Shown one piece after another: positions 9,921 to 19,014 of a stretch of 52,392 bases of DNA. The position numbers and the translations under genes were made by a program. This stretch comes from a virus. Its lineage: Duplodnaviria; Caudoviricetes. Below the pieces are notes generated by a model. That model saw nothing but the letters and a program-made list of their open reading frames with translations, was not told where the DNA came from and searched no databases. The stretch covers positions 1-52,392 of the IMG/VR virus record IMGVR_UViG_3300037502_000790; one strand, 5' to 3'. How positions within the stretch are numbered: position 1 is the first letter of the stretch; the number at the start of each line of letters is the position of its first letter.

Positions 9921-10859
9921 TTATATGATTTGCTTACCACGGAAGAATGCTTTCTCCCCGTGTACTGAACAGAATTCTGGATGTATGAGTTCGCCATCTA
10001 CGATCGTCAACACAGCAAAGCCAGAGCAATGGTTTGTTGGGTTGTCTTCCCCGTAGTGCATGTGGTCCCCATCCGTCTCTGCAAGAGTCCCGCAGTCGAT
10101 ACCCCACCGGGTTCCTCGATAGTCAGACAGGATCGTTGCCTGCAGTCGGTGTAGGTGACCGGTGCACATCGAAACTCCACCATGCAGTGTGTTGTTCCAC
10201 GTAGCGTGGGTGCCATTCCTAAACCGGTGCTTGATCATTAGGTTCTTGTTAATGAACAAGCTGATAGTGAAGTTCCAGCCGTGAAAGTGATCCTTTAAGC
10301 TAAATCCGCTAACTCCAGAAAACTCTGGAACTGAGTTAGCAAGCTTTGCTTCAAACCGCATGTCGTGGTTGCCCAGCGTCCACCAAGTCTTTGCGTTCCC
10401 AGAGACCTCCTTGATCTCTTGTAGTCGCTCAGTGACAGCCTCTAGCTCTTGCTTGACCGTTGGCATTGCGCCCCAGTCCATCCTTGGGTGGCGACTGATG
10501 CTGGCGCCGTCTAGCAGGTCGCCGTTCATTACAACGATCTCCGGCTTGAGGTCTTTGACCACTTTCACTAATGCCTGATGAGCTGTGCTGATAACACCGG
10601 GCCAGTAATGCGCGTCTGATCCGACAACAATCACTCCGTTCCGCATAGAGCAGTCTACACGGGGTGAGTGTTCTCGAATCACATATGTTGGGGAACGCGG
10701 GTCTGTGGAACCTAGATTAACGCCCAGCCTAGCCTCAAGCTCTCTTCGACGACGATGAACATTTCTCTCTGCAACACCTAGATACTTTGCTACAGCCGCA
10801 GCAGACTGAAGTCTTTTCCAAGTCTCTATGAATTTCTCTTCACTTATTCGTTGTGACAT
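9921..10859 (-). CDS. Calcineurin-like metallophosphoesterase with N-terminal HTH
   Basis: Motifs SDAH, NGDLLD, GNHD, KH, GHLH; N-terminal AAAVAKYLGVAERNV helix-turn-helix. Confidence 0.85.
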   Translation of the reverse strand: MSQRISEEKFIETWKRLQSAAAVAKYLGVAERNVHRRRRELEARLGVNLGSTDPRSPTYVIREHSPRVDCSMRNGVIVVGSDAHYWPGVISTAHQALVKVVKDLKPEIVVMNGDLLDGASISRHPRMDWGAMPTVKQELEAVTERLQEIKEVSGNAKTWWTLGNHDMRFEAKLANSVPEFSGVSGFSLKDHFHGWNFTISLFINKNLMIKHRFRNGTHATWNNTLHGGVSMCTGHLHRLQATILSDYRGTRWGIDCGTLAETDGDHMHYGEDNPTNHCSGFAVLTIVDGELIHPEFCSVHGEKAFFRGKQII

Positions 10860-11199
10860 TTCGTTGTTGTGGTTGTTGCAAAACAGTAAGCGCCGCGATC
10901 ATCCCTTTAGGAATCACCAGAGTCTGCGCGTGATTGTCGGAAGATAGCGTCTGGCATACCTTCACATGCGTCTTGGTTTGCTTCATTAGCCACCCAACCG
11001 TAAAGCAGTTCAGCACTGGCTCTTCCTCATCTTGGTGATTTCCCTCTTGCCAACCAAACTGGTGCTCGGCATCCAACCACTCCACCAGAACGATTGCCGG
11101 AGTATCTATCGCGGGACCGCTTGGAACCACATTGCGACTTTTACTACCACCCCGCCGATTGTTGCTGATAGTCCGCTTATCCACAGAAGTGTCCTCCAT
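10840..11199 (-). CDS. Conserved hypothetical phage protein (true start possibly near 11130)
   Basis: VLVEWLDA..GW...C.TVGWL...IPKGMI pattern typical of small phage beta proteins. Confidence 0.6.
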   Translation of the reverse strand: MEDTSVDKRTISNNRRGGSKSRNVVPSGPAIDTPAIVLVEWLDAEHQFGWQEGNHQDEEEPVLNCFTVGWLMKQTKTHVKVCQTLSSDNHAQTLVIPKGMIAALTVLQQPQQRNVTTNK

Positions 11200-11351
11200 C
11201 CACCTTTAGCTTCAGACAATGTTTGCTGGATGCCAGAAAGCTGATCCATCATCTTGTACATGTCCTTGTGCAAGCGGTTCACTTGATCTTGTAGCGCCTC
11301 AATCTGCGCGTCGTGTTTACCAAGGTCCCGGTGAATCTCTTCGCTCATCAA
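11106..11351 (-). CDS. Coiled-coil plus C-terminal TM protein (lysis cassette accessory)
   Basis: Heptad coil, then KGGWRTLLWISGLSATIGGVVV TM segment; directly after the endolysin. Confidence 0.65.
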   Translation of the reverse strand: MMSEEIHRDLGKHDAQIEALQDQVNRLHKDMYKMMDQLSGIQQTLSEAKGGWRTLLWISGLSATIGGVVVKVAMWFQAVPR

Positions 11352-11767
11352 ACAATCTCCACGCCAGCCTGCAGTTGTGCCAATGTAAATCCACCCGTGT
11401 ACTGGAAGTGCGCCATTTCCTTAAAGCGCTTCCACTCCCCAGCCCACTCCAACCCCGCCTGCTTGCCCAACTCACCAAGCTTCGCCCAGACAGGATCCTT
11501 CGTATTCCAGTTCGCCTTGCCATTGACCAGAGGCACGACATCTATAGCGCAACGATGGTTGTGCCACGACTGCCCCGGCTTCGCGTTGGTAACTATTGCC
11601 CCGGGCGCCGTGCGGCCTTGAGCGTAGAGAGCTGCTTGACTAGCGGCGTCTCTAAAAGTGGAGGTGATCAGCAAGTCGATGCCGTTCTCTTCGCATAGCT
11701 GCTGGAACCTCTCCACCTTAGCCCTCACAACGGGCAACAGCTCTTTGATGTCTCTCGAGTTAATCAT
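11348..11767 (-). CDS. Endolysin, peptidase M15 (L-Ala-D-Glu peptidase type)
   Basis: R...QAALYAQGRT.PG.IVTNAKPGQSWHN...AIDVV...LEWAGEW...EMAHFQ signature. Confidence 0.9.
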   Translation of the reverse strand: MINSRDIKELLPVVRAKVERFQQLCEENGIDLLITSTFRDAASQAALYAQGRTAPGAIVTNAKPGQSWHNHRCAIDVVPLVNGKANWNTKDPVWAKLGELGKQAGLEWAGEWKRFKEMAHFQYTGGFTLAQLQAGVEIV

Positions 11768-12249
11768 TGCGAGTTGTAGTTCTTGATTATTTCTTGAAGG
11801 GCTTCTAAACGGCGCTCGTTGTCTCGGCAGGATTCGTAGTTCTCTGCGACTGTGGCGGCAACGTCTTGAGCTTTGACGGAGGCTGCATCAGCTCCGGTGG
11901 CACTGGAATCCGGCACGGTTGCGTTCGCGGCTGCGTCGTGGAACACCCGGAAACCACCAGACAAATTGCAATCACTTTCCACATACTTCGGTATCTCCTT
12001 GATCAGAGTCTTGTAGACCACTCGTTCCTTTGTCGCCGAAGCTGCCACCTTCGCGCCCACAGCGTCCGCAAACGCTTGATCTTTCCTCTCCTGCTTGAGA
12101 GCTGCCTCTGCAAGTGCAGCCTTCTCCGCATCCCACTTCGCCTGTACGTGGTCTACCCCTAGACTCCAAGAAAGCGCGCACACCGCAAGGACAACGAGTG
12201 ACAGGGCTATCCACCTAGCCACCTTCCAGTTCATCATCAGACTTACCAT
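11764..12249 (-). CDS. Rz-like spanin
   Basis: N-terminal TM, coiled coil, FRVFHDAAA and NYESC..N...LEALQ motifs; between holin and endolysin. Confidence 0.7.
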   Translation of the reverse strand: MVSLMMNWKVARWIALSLVVLAVCALSWSLGVDHVQAKWDAEKAALAEAALKQERKDQAFADAVGAKVAASATKERVVYKTLIKEIPKYVESDCNLSGGFRVFHDAAANATVPDSSATGADAASVKAQDVAATVAENYESCRDNERRLEALQEIIKNYNSQ

Positions 12250-12499
12250 TCTTGATTTGCTCCAGTTTCTCTTTGCTCCTGCCCCATGCGGTTATCCCTA
12301 AGATCGCGCCAAAAGCTAGATGGATCAGACCACCAGCCTGCAACGTGATTGGTTGCCATTGCATTAACCCGGCATCCATGTAGTACTGAATGATGGAGAA
12401 CAGAATTGGGAAGACGATGAAGTCGCAGACGTTGATTGCCATGTACACCCAAGCCATCGTTGGGCGCCACTTTCGGTTCATCCAGTCTTCAGTCTTCAT
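12215..12499 (-). CDS. Holin (GTA-holin-like)
   Basis: KWRPTMAWVY...GAILGITAWGRSKEK; hydrophobic segments; first gene of the lysis cassette. Confidence 0.75.
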   Translation of the reverse strand: MKTEDWMNRKWRPTMAWVYMAINVCDFIVFPILFSIIQYYMDAGLMQWQPITLQAGGLIHLAFGAILGITAWGRSKEKLEQIKNGKSDDELEGG

Positions 12500-13624
12500 C
12501 TACTTGAAGAATGGACCAACCATCCAACAGACCACCGAGTAGCGAGTCCCTTTTGTGATGTCCTCTACCCCATGCACAAGGAAGCTTGGAAACACCAACA
12601 CCGTGCCTTTAGCCTGCGGCGGGTAGTACCGCTCGTGACCGTCTTGGATAAAAAACTTACCACCCTCAAAGTCGTCGTTTAAGAACGCTAGCACCGTTAG
12701 CTTTCGACACTCTTCCTGTGGATTGAGAAACGTATCCATATGCGCCGTGTATCTACCACCAGCGGGGTATTTCAAAAACTCCGCTTGATTAGCGTGACTG
12801 ATATTAAAGTTCCAAGCACGACGATTTGCAGACAGACCAGCTGCAGCCAAACGACCACCAATGTCCTTGTACACCGGCAGCATCACGCGCTCGACGTTGC
12901 GAATCTCTGTATTAATAGCACCTTCACCTGTGCCGATAACCGGCGGCAGCTTCTCTACTAACTCTTGGTCGTAGGTCTTGATAATGATGTCGCAAGCCTC
13001 GGGTGTCAGGATGTCGGTGTATATCCAGTGCCGTAGGTTTTGCGGCTGCTCCTCTGGCAGGTTCAGTTTGCCGCGCTTGTCATACACCCACTCCTTGTGC
13101 GGCCCATCAGCATCGACGTAGTGCAGGAATACCTGCGCCTGCCACTTACCCTCGGTATAGACCTCACGCCAATGATGCTTGTCCATGCCACGGTACAGAA
13201 CGGCGTCTCCGACGTTCATGTCTATACGACTTGCATTTTCTTTGTTTTCACCATCACCCATATAGATGGGCCAGACATCGCCTTCAAAGCCGAGCGTCAC
13301 AGTCGCACTGATCTCGCAAGACTCGCGGTCGGTATGGTTCTTTAGCTCATCGCCCGGTGCGTACAGTCTGGCGTAGGAGTAGGTTGGCAGTAGGCGCTTG
13401 CCTGACGCTTGCTCAAAATGCGGTAGTAGCTGCACCAGCAACGAGTCAAAGACTTGAGCGCCGTGGATTGCCTCGGACTTCGGGCACTGCACATCTTGCG
13501 TGGTTTGTTTTTGCGCGACGAGTTTCTTCAACTCAGCAGTGAGTTGTGCGCAGTTATCCTTATCCAGAAACTCTGGCAGGTGTACGTATTTTTGTACTGT
13601 AAATTGCGATAGCGCGTCGCACAT
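12500..13624 (-). CDS. Tandem double 2OG-Fe(II) oxygenase
   Basis: Domain 1: HTDRESCEIS...HWR...QVFLHY. Domain 2: HMD...RKLT...LNDDFEGG...FPSFLVHGV..ITKGTRYSVVCW. Confidence 0.85.
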   Translation of the reverse strand: MCDALSQFTVQKYVHLPEFLDKDNCAQLTAELKKLVAQKQTTQDVQCPKSEAIHGAQVFDSLLVQLLPHFEQASGKRLLPTYSYARLYAPGDELKNHTDRESCEISATVTLGFEGDVWPIYMGDGENKENASRIDMNVGDAVLYRGMDKHHWREVYTEGKWQAQVFLHYVDADGPHKEWVYDKRGKLNLPEEQPQNLRHWIYTDILTPEACDIIIKTYDQELVEKLPPVIGTGEGAINTEIRNVERVMLPVYKDIGGRLAAAGLSANRRAWNFNISHANQAEFLKYPAGGRYTAHMDTFLNPQEECRKLTVLAFLNDDFEGGKFFIQDGHERYYPPQAKGTVLVFPSFLVHGVEDITKGTRYSVVCWMVGPFFK

Positions 13625-13627
13625 AAA

Positions 13628-14044
13628 TTATTCACTCCATTGAGCAGTTGGCTCTACAGGCCAGTCAATAAAACCTGCTTGCGGATTAATAATGAAACTA
13701 CGCAGCCATGATCTGTACGAAAGAAAATCAGATTGATTCGTCAAGTACGGAGGATATGCTGGATCTGCTGCATCAGGTTCTACCGCCCAGTTAGTAGCAG
13801 CGTACTTTTCTTCTGCTGTTGTTTTGTTTTCGTCTGCTGTAGGCACAGGGGGCGGCGCTACTGGCATTACTTCGCATACACCGTTGTAGTACCACCAAAT
13901 ATCTGCAACGCAATCATCCGGGCAATCAATCCAATAAAGCGGTGGCGCAACTTCAAACGCCAACGGTTCTACCTGCGCAACGCGGCATCCAACATTGCCT
14001 AAATAATCTGTTCTTAATTCCATCGGCGAAATTAAAGCTTTCAT
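13628..14044 (-). CDS. Tail fibre assembly/chaperone-like protein
   Basis: C-terminal TNWAVEPD...YRSWLR...WPVEP pattern; follows the Gly-rich fibre gene; AT-rich. Confidence 0.7.
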   Translation of the reverse strand: MKALISPMELRTDYLGNVGCRVAQVEPLAFEVAPPLYWIDCPDDCVADIWWYYNGVCEVMPVAPPPVPTADENKTTAEEKYAATNWAVEPDAADPAYPPYLTNQSDFLSYRSWLRSFIINPQAGFIDWPVEPTAQWSE

Positions 14045-14721
14045 TAATAAAACTCCTCAACAATAACAATGCCCGGCGTGCCTGCGCCACCGGGATTTGT
14101 GCCAACTAACGGCGAAGCACCGGGGCCTCTAGTCCCACCACCGCCGGCAGCACCAATTCCTAGACCATTTATTCCTGGGGCAGAAGCAGGAGATGAATTG
14201 GATGGGCCGCCCAACCCTAAACCAAAAAAACCACTTCCACCACCACCAGTAAATCCACTAGCAGACGGTTGTCCGGGTTGTCCATTAAATGCAAGCAAAA
14301 TTGTTGGCGATGGGGTAACTGCACCGCCAGCGCCACCAGTGTTAATTTGTGTGTTTGGCGTACTTCCACCAGCTGCACCGGCAGTGCAAGATACTAATGC
14401 CCCAAAAGAATTTGTGCCAGCACCAGCAGTAATAGTTAATGGCGAAAGCGCAGGCGCATCATAATATGTTTGTACACCAGCCCCACCGCCGCCGCCGGCA
14501 CCTCGTGCAGTTGGAAATCCGGGGCCACTTATTACTGCATTTCCACCAGCGCCACCCGCGCCGATTACTGTAACTCTTACTGCTTTTAATGCAGCAGGCG
14601 CAGTCCACGGCGATGGCGATGTATAAGTTCGCATAATGTAATCACCACCACCTGTTGCCGCAGTGGTTTGTATGCTGTTATCGGGGAAGCGTACACCACC
14701 ATTCTCTAATGACGTAGGCAT
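14044..14721 (-). CDS. Gly/Pro-rich tail fibre / receptor-binding protein
   Basis: N-terminal GVRFPDNSIQTTA knob; VRVTVIGAGGAGG...GGAGTPGIVIVEEFY glycine-rich domain. Confidence 0.75.
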   Translation of the reverse strand: MPTSLENGGVRFPDNSIQTTAATGGGDYIMRTYTSPSPWTAPAALKAVRVTVIGAGGAGGNAVISGPGFPTARGAGGGGGAGVQTYYDAPALSPLTITAGAGTNSFGALVSCTAGAAGGSTPNTQINTGGAGGAVTPSPTILLAFNGQPGQPSASGFTGGGGSGFFGLGLGGPSNSSPASAPGINGLGIGAAGGGGTRGPGASPLVGTNPGGAGTPGIVIVEEFY

Positions 14722-14725
14722 CGTC

Positions 14726-15694
14726 TTATCCTCTCAATTCTGCAATTTGTTTCTTCAAAAGTTCCACTTCCTTTGCCAGCTCGATTGCAGCCACAAGAGC
14801 TGCATTGCCGTAGGAAACAGATAACATTCCATCATCATTCGAAATAACCGCTTCGGGTAAAACCTGCTGCAGAGATTGAGCAGACACACCAACCTGCGTC
14901 ATCTCTTGATCAGTACGCTCGTATGCGCCGCTCTTTACAGCAGCCAATCTAGCAACAAAGTTGTTCGCAACGCCTCTCCAGTTCTTCTTGAGTCGCTCAT
15001 CAGAACTCGAGGTCACGTTTCCACTCGCGCCAACGTTACCGTCTTTGTCACAGTAGATCTTCTCGACGCCAGCGTTAGCACCCGTGAATATCCTGCTCGC
15101 TGCTGCAGATCCAGCTGCATTAAAACTGATTAAAATACCGTTGTCGTTGTTGGTAAACTGACCACCATAGTTCAACGAGCCGCCGGTAGCACCAACTACC
15201 GCATTGTTTGCTCCAGCAACAGTGACCGTGACAGGGCCGGAGATTGCGCCACCTGTCTTGTCGAACTTTTCAGAGTCCAGCTCATTGATTGCTGCCTGAA
15301 CCGTGGTAGCTGCAATTCCGCCAGCTGGAGTATTTGAGATTGCAGTCGCAGCATGTGCGGCAGTTGGATCGGCAATGTGATCTTCGATCGATGTGACGAT
15401 GTCAGCAAAGTCCGCAGCAACTGGACGCAATTCGATCTTGTCGCCTGCAATGTATGCTCGTCCCGTCGTTCCATCTTGGCCTCGCACAACAGTCAAGTTG
15501 TTACCCGATCGAGCAGTACACTTGATGATCTCGAGATTATTGCTGGAGTCTGCGAGAGTCGCGTAGAAGTAGTCCCCCGCACCCAACGATGGAAACAGCG
15601 CACCCCCTCCTGACGTAAGCGTCAAAGCGGTATCAGACGCGCTGATTGACGTCGCTAGAGTTGAGAATGCGTTGTTGGTGAACTTAATTGCCAT
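14726..15694 (-). CDS. Tail fibre with C-terminal peptidase S74 intramolecular chaperone
   Basis: SSSDERLKKN...GVSAQSLQQVLPEAV...LSVSYGN plus terminal coiled coil; N-terminal FTNNA anchor domain. Confidence 0.85.
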   Translation of the reverse strand: MAIKFTNNAFSTLATSISASDTALTLTSGGGALFPSLGAGDYFYATLADSSNNLEIIKCTARSGNNLTVVRGQDGTTGRAYIAGDKIELRPVAADFADIVTSIEDHIADPTAAHAATAISNTPAGGIAATTVQAAINELDSEKFDKTGGAISGPVTVTVAGANNAVVGATGGSLNYGGQFTNNDNGILISFNAAGSAAASRIFTGANAGVEKIYCDKDGNVGASGNVTSSSDERLKKNWRGVANNFVARLAAVKSGAYERTDQEMTQVGVSAQSLQQVLPEAVISNDDGMLSVSYGNAALVAAIELAKEVELLKKQIAELRG

Positions 15695-15706
15695 TCTTGG
15701 CCCCTA

Positions 15707-16150
15707 TCAGGAGATCGTCACTGTCCACGTGATCGTCATTGCATCAGATGCGCCTTTGTTGACCACGGCAAAAGTAGTGCGGCAGAGCATCGTTCCAGCG
15801 GAACCGGCGTTAAATATGCCAGCCTCGACCAGCGCCCCAGTGCCAGTACCAGCACCGAACGTAGCGACGTAAGTAGCAACAGCGCCAGAAGAAGAACCCG
15901 AAGTCAAAGCTACGCGCCCAACCTCTGCGCCCAGCGTGGTGTCACCCGCTACAGGCGAAGTGTTGTCCGTACCAACAGCCATGTGACTCATGACATTGGC
16001 AGCGGTGCCAACCATCCGGCTTGCAATGAAATCCTTGCCGACCGTGACAACCAAGTTGTCGATCTCGCGGCTGTCTTTCAGATTTCCATCATCACCAAAC
16101 AGCTCGATCTTCAAGCGCCCAGTGGCTTTCAGTAGTTCTTGTGTGAGCAT
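15707..16150 (-). CDS. Fibre/tail structural subunit
   Basis: 147 aa, NLVVTVGKDFIASRM...EAGIFNA...MLCRT...ITWTVTI beta-sandwich pattern common in phage tail regions. Confidence 0.7.
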   Translation of the reverse strand: MLTQELLKATGRLKIELFGDDGNLKDSREIDNLVVTVGKDFIASRMVGTAANVMSHMAVGTDNTSPVAGDTTLGAEVGRVALTSGSSSGAVATYVATFGAGTGTGALVEAGIFNAGSAGTMLCRTTFAVVNKGASDAMTITWTVTIS

Positions 16151-16171
16151 CTATTTCTCCTCGTATCAAAC

Positions 16172-17395
16172 TCACGGTCCATTCAGAACGAAGAAGTTCA
16201 GAACGTATGTGTTAAGTAGCTGCGGGGCCGAAGACGTTACTGCGATCGAGATGTTCTCGGTCACAGTCACAGAGTCCCCGGTTATTGCCTTGTCCAGCAG
16301 GAAGCTATCGTCGTCTGCAGTATTTACTGCGTCAGCAAGCAACTTCTCGAGCTGAGCTGATATCGCATCAGCTAATGCCTGTGAATCAGCAAACGTCCGC
16401 TCCCACTGCAGTTGGCGGTCAAACAGATCAGTAGTAGTGGCAATATCATCAAGCGCCTTGTCAAGGCTGTGCGCCACGAAATCGGACACAACCGCACTAT
16501 CCGCCGCAAGCCTTTCCAAGCTGAACGCAAATGCGTCATCCGGCGCTGCCGTATCTGCTAGCGTCCTGCTAAAGTCAAAGCTAGGGGCGTCCTCCGCTTG
16601 AGCAAAATCTGTCAGCGCCTTGGAGATGTCGAAGTTTGGCTCGTCACTTCCTGTTGCTGTGTCCGCAAGAGGCTTATCTACACTCAGCGCGCTACTGTCC
16701 TCAGCTCCTGCCGCGTCACTTAGCTGCTTCGCAACGTCGAACGTGCGATCGTCAGACACAACTGCGCTTTCGCTTTCGTTCTTCCCAAATCCGATAGTAG
16801 ATGTGTCAGAAAGACTGGCTGAGTCGCTTAGTGCTTTATCTACACCAAGCGCTAATGCGTCGTTTGCCGCAAACGCATCAACCAGTGCTTTTGCGACTGC
16901 AAGTACCTTGGCGTCCTCGGCTGTCGCCACATCAACAAGCGCTTTGCTTAGATCGAACTCGCTTGCATCTGCCGTCGATACTGTATCCGCGAGCGTTCGC
17001 AGGATGATGAGTAAAATCGTCACCGCTTCTGCTGTGGTGACTGAGTCTCCTAACTCCTTCGTAAATGCAAGCGCGGGTTCATCAGAAGCAAGCGCCGAAT
17101 CCACTAGCGCCTTTGCAAACGCAATCGACTTCTGGTCAAGAACCGCTACAGCGTCTCGGATGTACGGGTACCTACCCGTTTCATCGAGCTGCGCAGCAGA
17201 GGTAATGAGGATGTAGTCAATGGCAGAGGCTGCCAGCTGGTACACAACATCGGATCCAGCAAGAGTCGCAGCTACACTGAGCCGGATCTTCTCGGACTGC
17301 ACATACGCACTAGCCTTAACGTAGGCAACTGTTGCGTCGGCCTTGACTTCCTGAACTTGTACCGAGGCTAGGACGGCGCTGACCGTCGCAGCCAT
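16172..17395 (-). CDS. Structural protein with ~16 acidic 18-aa repeats
   Basis: Repeats such as KALSDSASLSDTSTIGFG, KQLSDAAGAEDSSALSVD, KPLADTATGSDEPNFDIS. Confidence 0.75.
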   Translation of the reverse strand: MAATVSAVLASVQVQEVKADATVAYVKASAYVQSEKIRLSVAATLAGSDVVYQLAASAIDYILITSAAQLDETGRYPYIRDAVAVLDQKSIAFAKALVDSALASDEPALAFTKELGDSVTTAEAVTILLIILRTLADTVSTADASEFDLSKALVDVATAEDAKVLAVAKALVDAFAANDALALGVDKALSDSASLSDTSTIGFGKNESESAVVSDDRTFDVAKQLSDAAGAEDSSALSVDKPLADTATGSDEPNFDISKALTDFAQAEDAPSFDFSRTLADTAAPDDAFAFSLERLAADSAVVSDFVAHSLDKALDDIATTTDLFDRQLQWERTFADSQALADAISAQLEKLLADAVNTADDDSFLLDKAITGDSVTVTENISIAVTSSAPQLLNTYVLNFFVLNGP

Positions 17396-17728
17396 TTAGA
17401 AGTCCTCGCGCAGCTTGAACTTGAGTGGGTCGTATACAGTTTGTATCGTGCCGTCACCAAAGACGATCTCGATCTCGCCCTCGTAGTCGCCAGCTGGACC
17501 ATCCAGAACCGTTGGTACCTGAGCCCAGTAGAAGACAACCACACCACCCGCAGCATTGGAAATCGTGCCAGTCAGGGTTGCTTTGAGCGTTGTCGAGCCG
17601 ACCTGACGAAACTTCAGGTACACGGTTGCCCCAGTCAAAGGAATGGGAGCGCCTGTGTTCTCATCCGTCAAGGTGCATACCAGTGCGGGTCTTGTGTCGC
17701 CTTGAACCAGTTTGATTTTGTCTGACAT
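17396..17728 (-). CDS. BppU N-terminal-like Ig-fold fibre attachment protein
   Basis: IKLVQGDTRPAL...LTGATV...GDYEGEIEIVFGDGTIQTV pattern. Confidence 0.7.
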   Translation of the reverse strand: MSDKIKLVQGDTRPALVCTLTDENTGAPIPLTGATVYLKFRQVGSTTLKATLTGTISNAAGGVVVFYWAQVPTVLDGPAGDYEGEIEIVFGDGTIQTVYDPLKFKLREDF

Positions 17729-18375
17729 TAGATTCTCCGCATCTTGACTTGCTTGCTGACACGCACGTAGCCCTTGAGCGCACGATCCCGGGCGACATTC
17801 AAGCCAGCCAAGTAGAGCGCGTTACGAGCTACCGCGAGCTGCGGGTTGGTGTACGGCTTGTCAGGGGATAAGGCCAAGCGGGAAATGGCGCCATGTCCGA
17901 TGATCTCGGCGTAGTCTTCAAAGATGACATCGTCGATTGTGGAAGATGTCCGAGTCGGCTTTAGCGCCACCCGCAAGGTGATCGCATTGGCAGCGGTTTC
18001 GTTAGGGATCGGATACACAGAGAACGAACGAGCGTCCTTCTGGGTGATCAGTCGTGGATCTTCCCGGCGAACAACCGCACCAGATATTGGGTTGTAGATG
18101 GATGGAGTATTAATCTCATCAGGACCGACTGGCTCCAGCGGTACGCCCTTGTACCAAGCTCGAATGATCTTTACGACCAGCCTGCCACTTGGCGGCTCGA
18201 AGTCGTAGTCCATGATGTTGTCGATTGCAGTGACCGGGTCGTGGTCGATCTGCAGGAGGAGGGACTTCTCGCAGAAGTCAATGATCGTGTTCTTGATCTC
18301 GTGCAGCGCCATTTCGTTGGTAGCGCCCGGCACCTGAGGTAACACGTAGTCGAGGAACGCGGTGTGTGCTGTCAT
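17728..18375 (-). CDS. Head-tail adaptor protein
   Basis: FLDYVLPQVPGA...IDFCEKS...LRVALKPT...AEIIGHGA..RL pattern; position after MCP. Confidence 0.7.
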   Translation of the reverse strand: MTAHTAFLDYVLPQVPGATNEMALHEIKNTIIDFCEKSLLLQIDHDPVTAIDNIMDYDFEPPSGRLVVKIIRAWYKGVPLEPVGPDEINTPSIYNPISGAVVRREDPRLITQKDARSFSVYPIPNETAANAITLRVALKPTRTSSTIDDVIFEDYAEIIGHGAISRLALSPDKPYTNPQLAVARNALYLAGLNVARDRALKGYVRVSKQVKMRRI

Positions 18376-18695
18376 TTAGTCATCTCCGCCTGAAAGCGGC
18401 TAAGCAGGGCAGCAGCTCGCCCATCTTGTGAATACTCGTCGTCGCGCAGCTCGGCACGGAAGCACACGTAGTGCGTCAGGAGCATCTGGTACGCAGACGG
18501 GAAAGGAACATTATCTCCAGCGACGTAGGTCTGTGCAGACGCCGTGTAATTGCCAAAGCGGAAATCAGGACGCAGACGAAAGCCTTCCTGAACGCCATCG
18601 TTGGCATACGAGAGAAGCTCCGGGGTCGTATAACGGACTCCCGCAGAATCATTGAGTACCACACGTACATCATTGATCACGTCTTGAAATGTCAT
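18372..18695 (-). CDS. Short adaptor-like structural protein
   Basis: VINDVRVVLND....RYT..ELLSYANDG....RLRPD pattern. Confidence 0.65.
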   Translation of the reverse strand: MTFQDVINDVRVVLNDSAGVRYTTPELLSYANDGVQEGFRLRPDFRFGNYTASAQTYVAGDNVPFPSAYQMLLTHYVCFRAELRDDEYSQDGRAAALLSRFQAEMTK

Positions 18696-19007
18696 TTACC
18701 ATAGGTCCTTCCGCGCCCAGTGATTGGCACTGAACACATCGTTCTTGGTCAGCTGACCGCTCTTGTTCTTGATCCCAGCTGAGCGTTTCAGGTAGTTCTC
18801 CCTGCGCTGCGGATCTTTGTGCTGGGTGAAGTCCTCGTAGTCTCGGTGGCCGTACTTGACCAGCTTTACCTCGTCACCCTTCTTGGCGAGCACCATCTTT
18901 TTGTGCTTACCACCCTTGGGTGCGGGTACCGGCTTGTTGAATCCCGGGAACTCGTGGCCCCGGTATTGCAACTTGCCGTTCTCTCGCTTTACGCTGGACG
19001 CTTTCAT
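18696..19007 (-). CDS. Basic protein, DUF5754-like
   Basis: KKMVL..KG..VKLVKYG..DYEDFTQHKD.QRRENYLKR...SANHWAR.DLW; start reassigned to ATG 19007. Confidence 0.6.
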   Translation of the reverse strand: MKASSVKRENGKLQYRGHEFPGFNKPVPAPKGGKHKKMVLAKKGDEVKLVKYGHRDYEDFTQHKDPQRRENYLKRSAGIKNKSGQLTKNDVFSANHWARKDLW

Positions 19008-19014
19008 GTTGTTC

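Noticed and set aside
11764-12249. Embedded Rz1 lipoprotein
   Set aside because: No overlapping ORF with a signal peptide and lipobox found; the 11972..12214 ORF is not convincing.
13625-15694. Diversity-generating retroelement acting on the fibre
   Set aside because: No reverse transcriptase and no TR/VR repeat pair seen.
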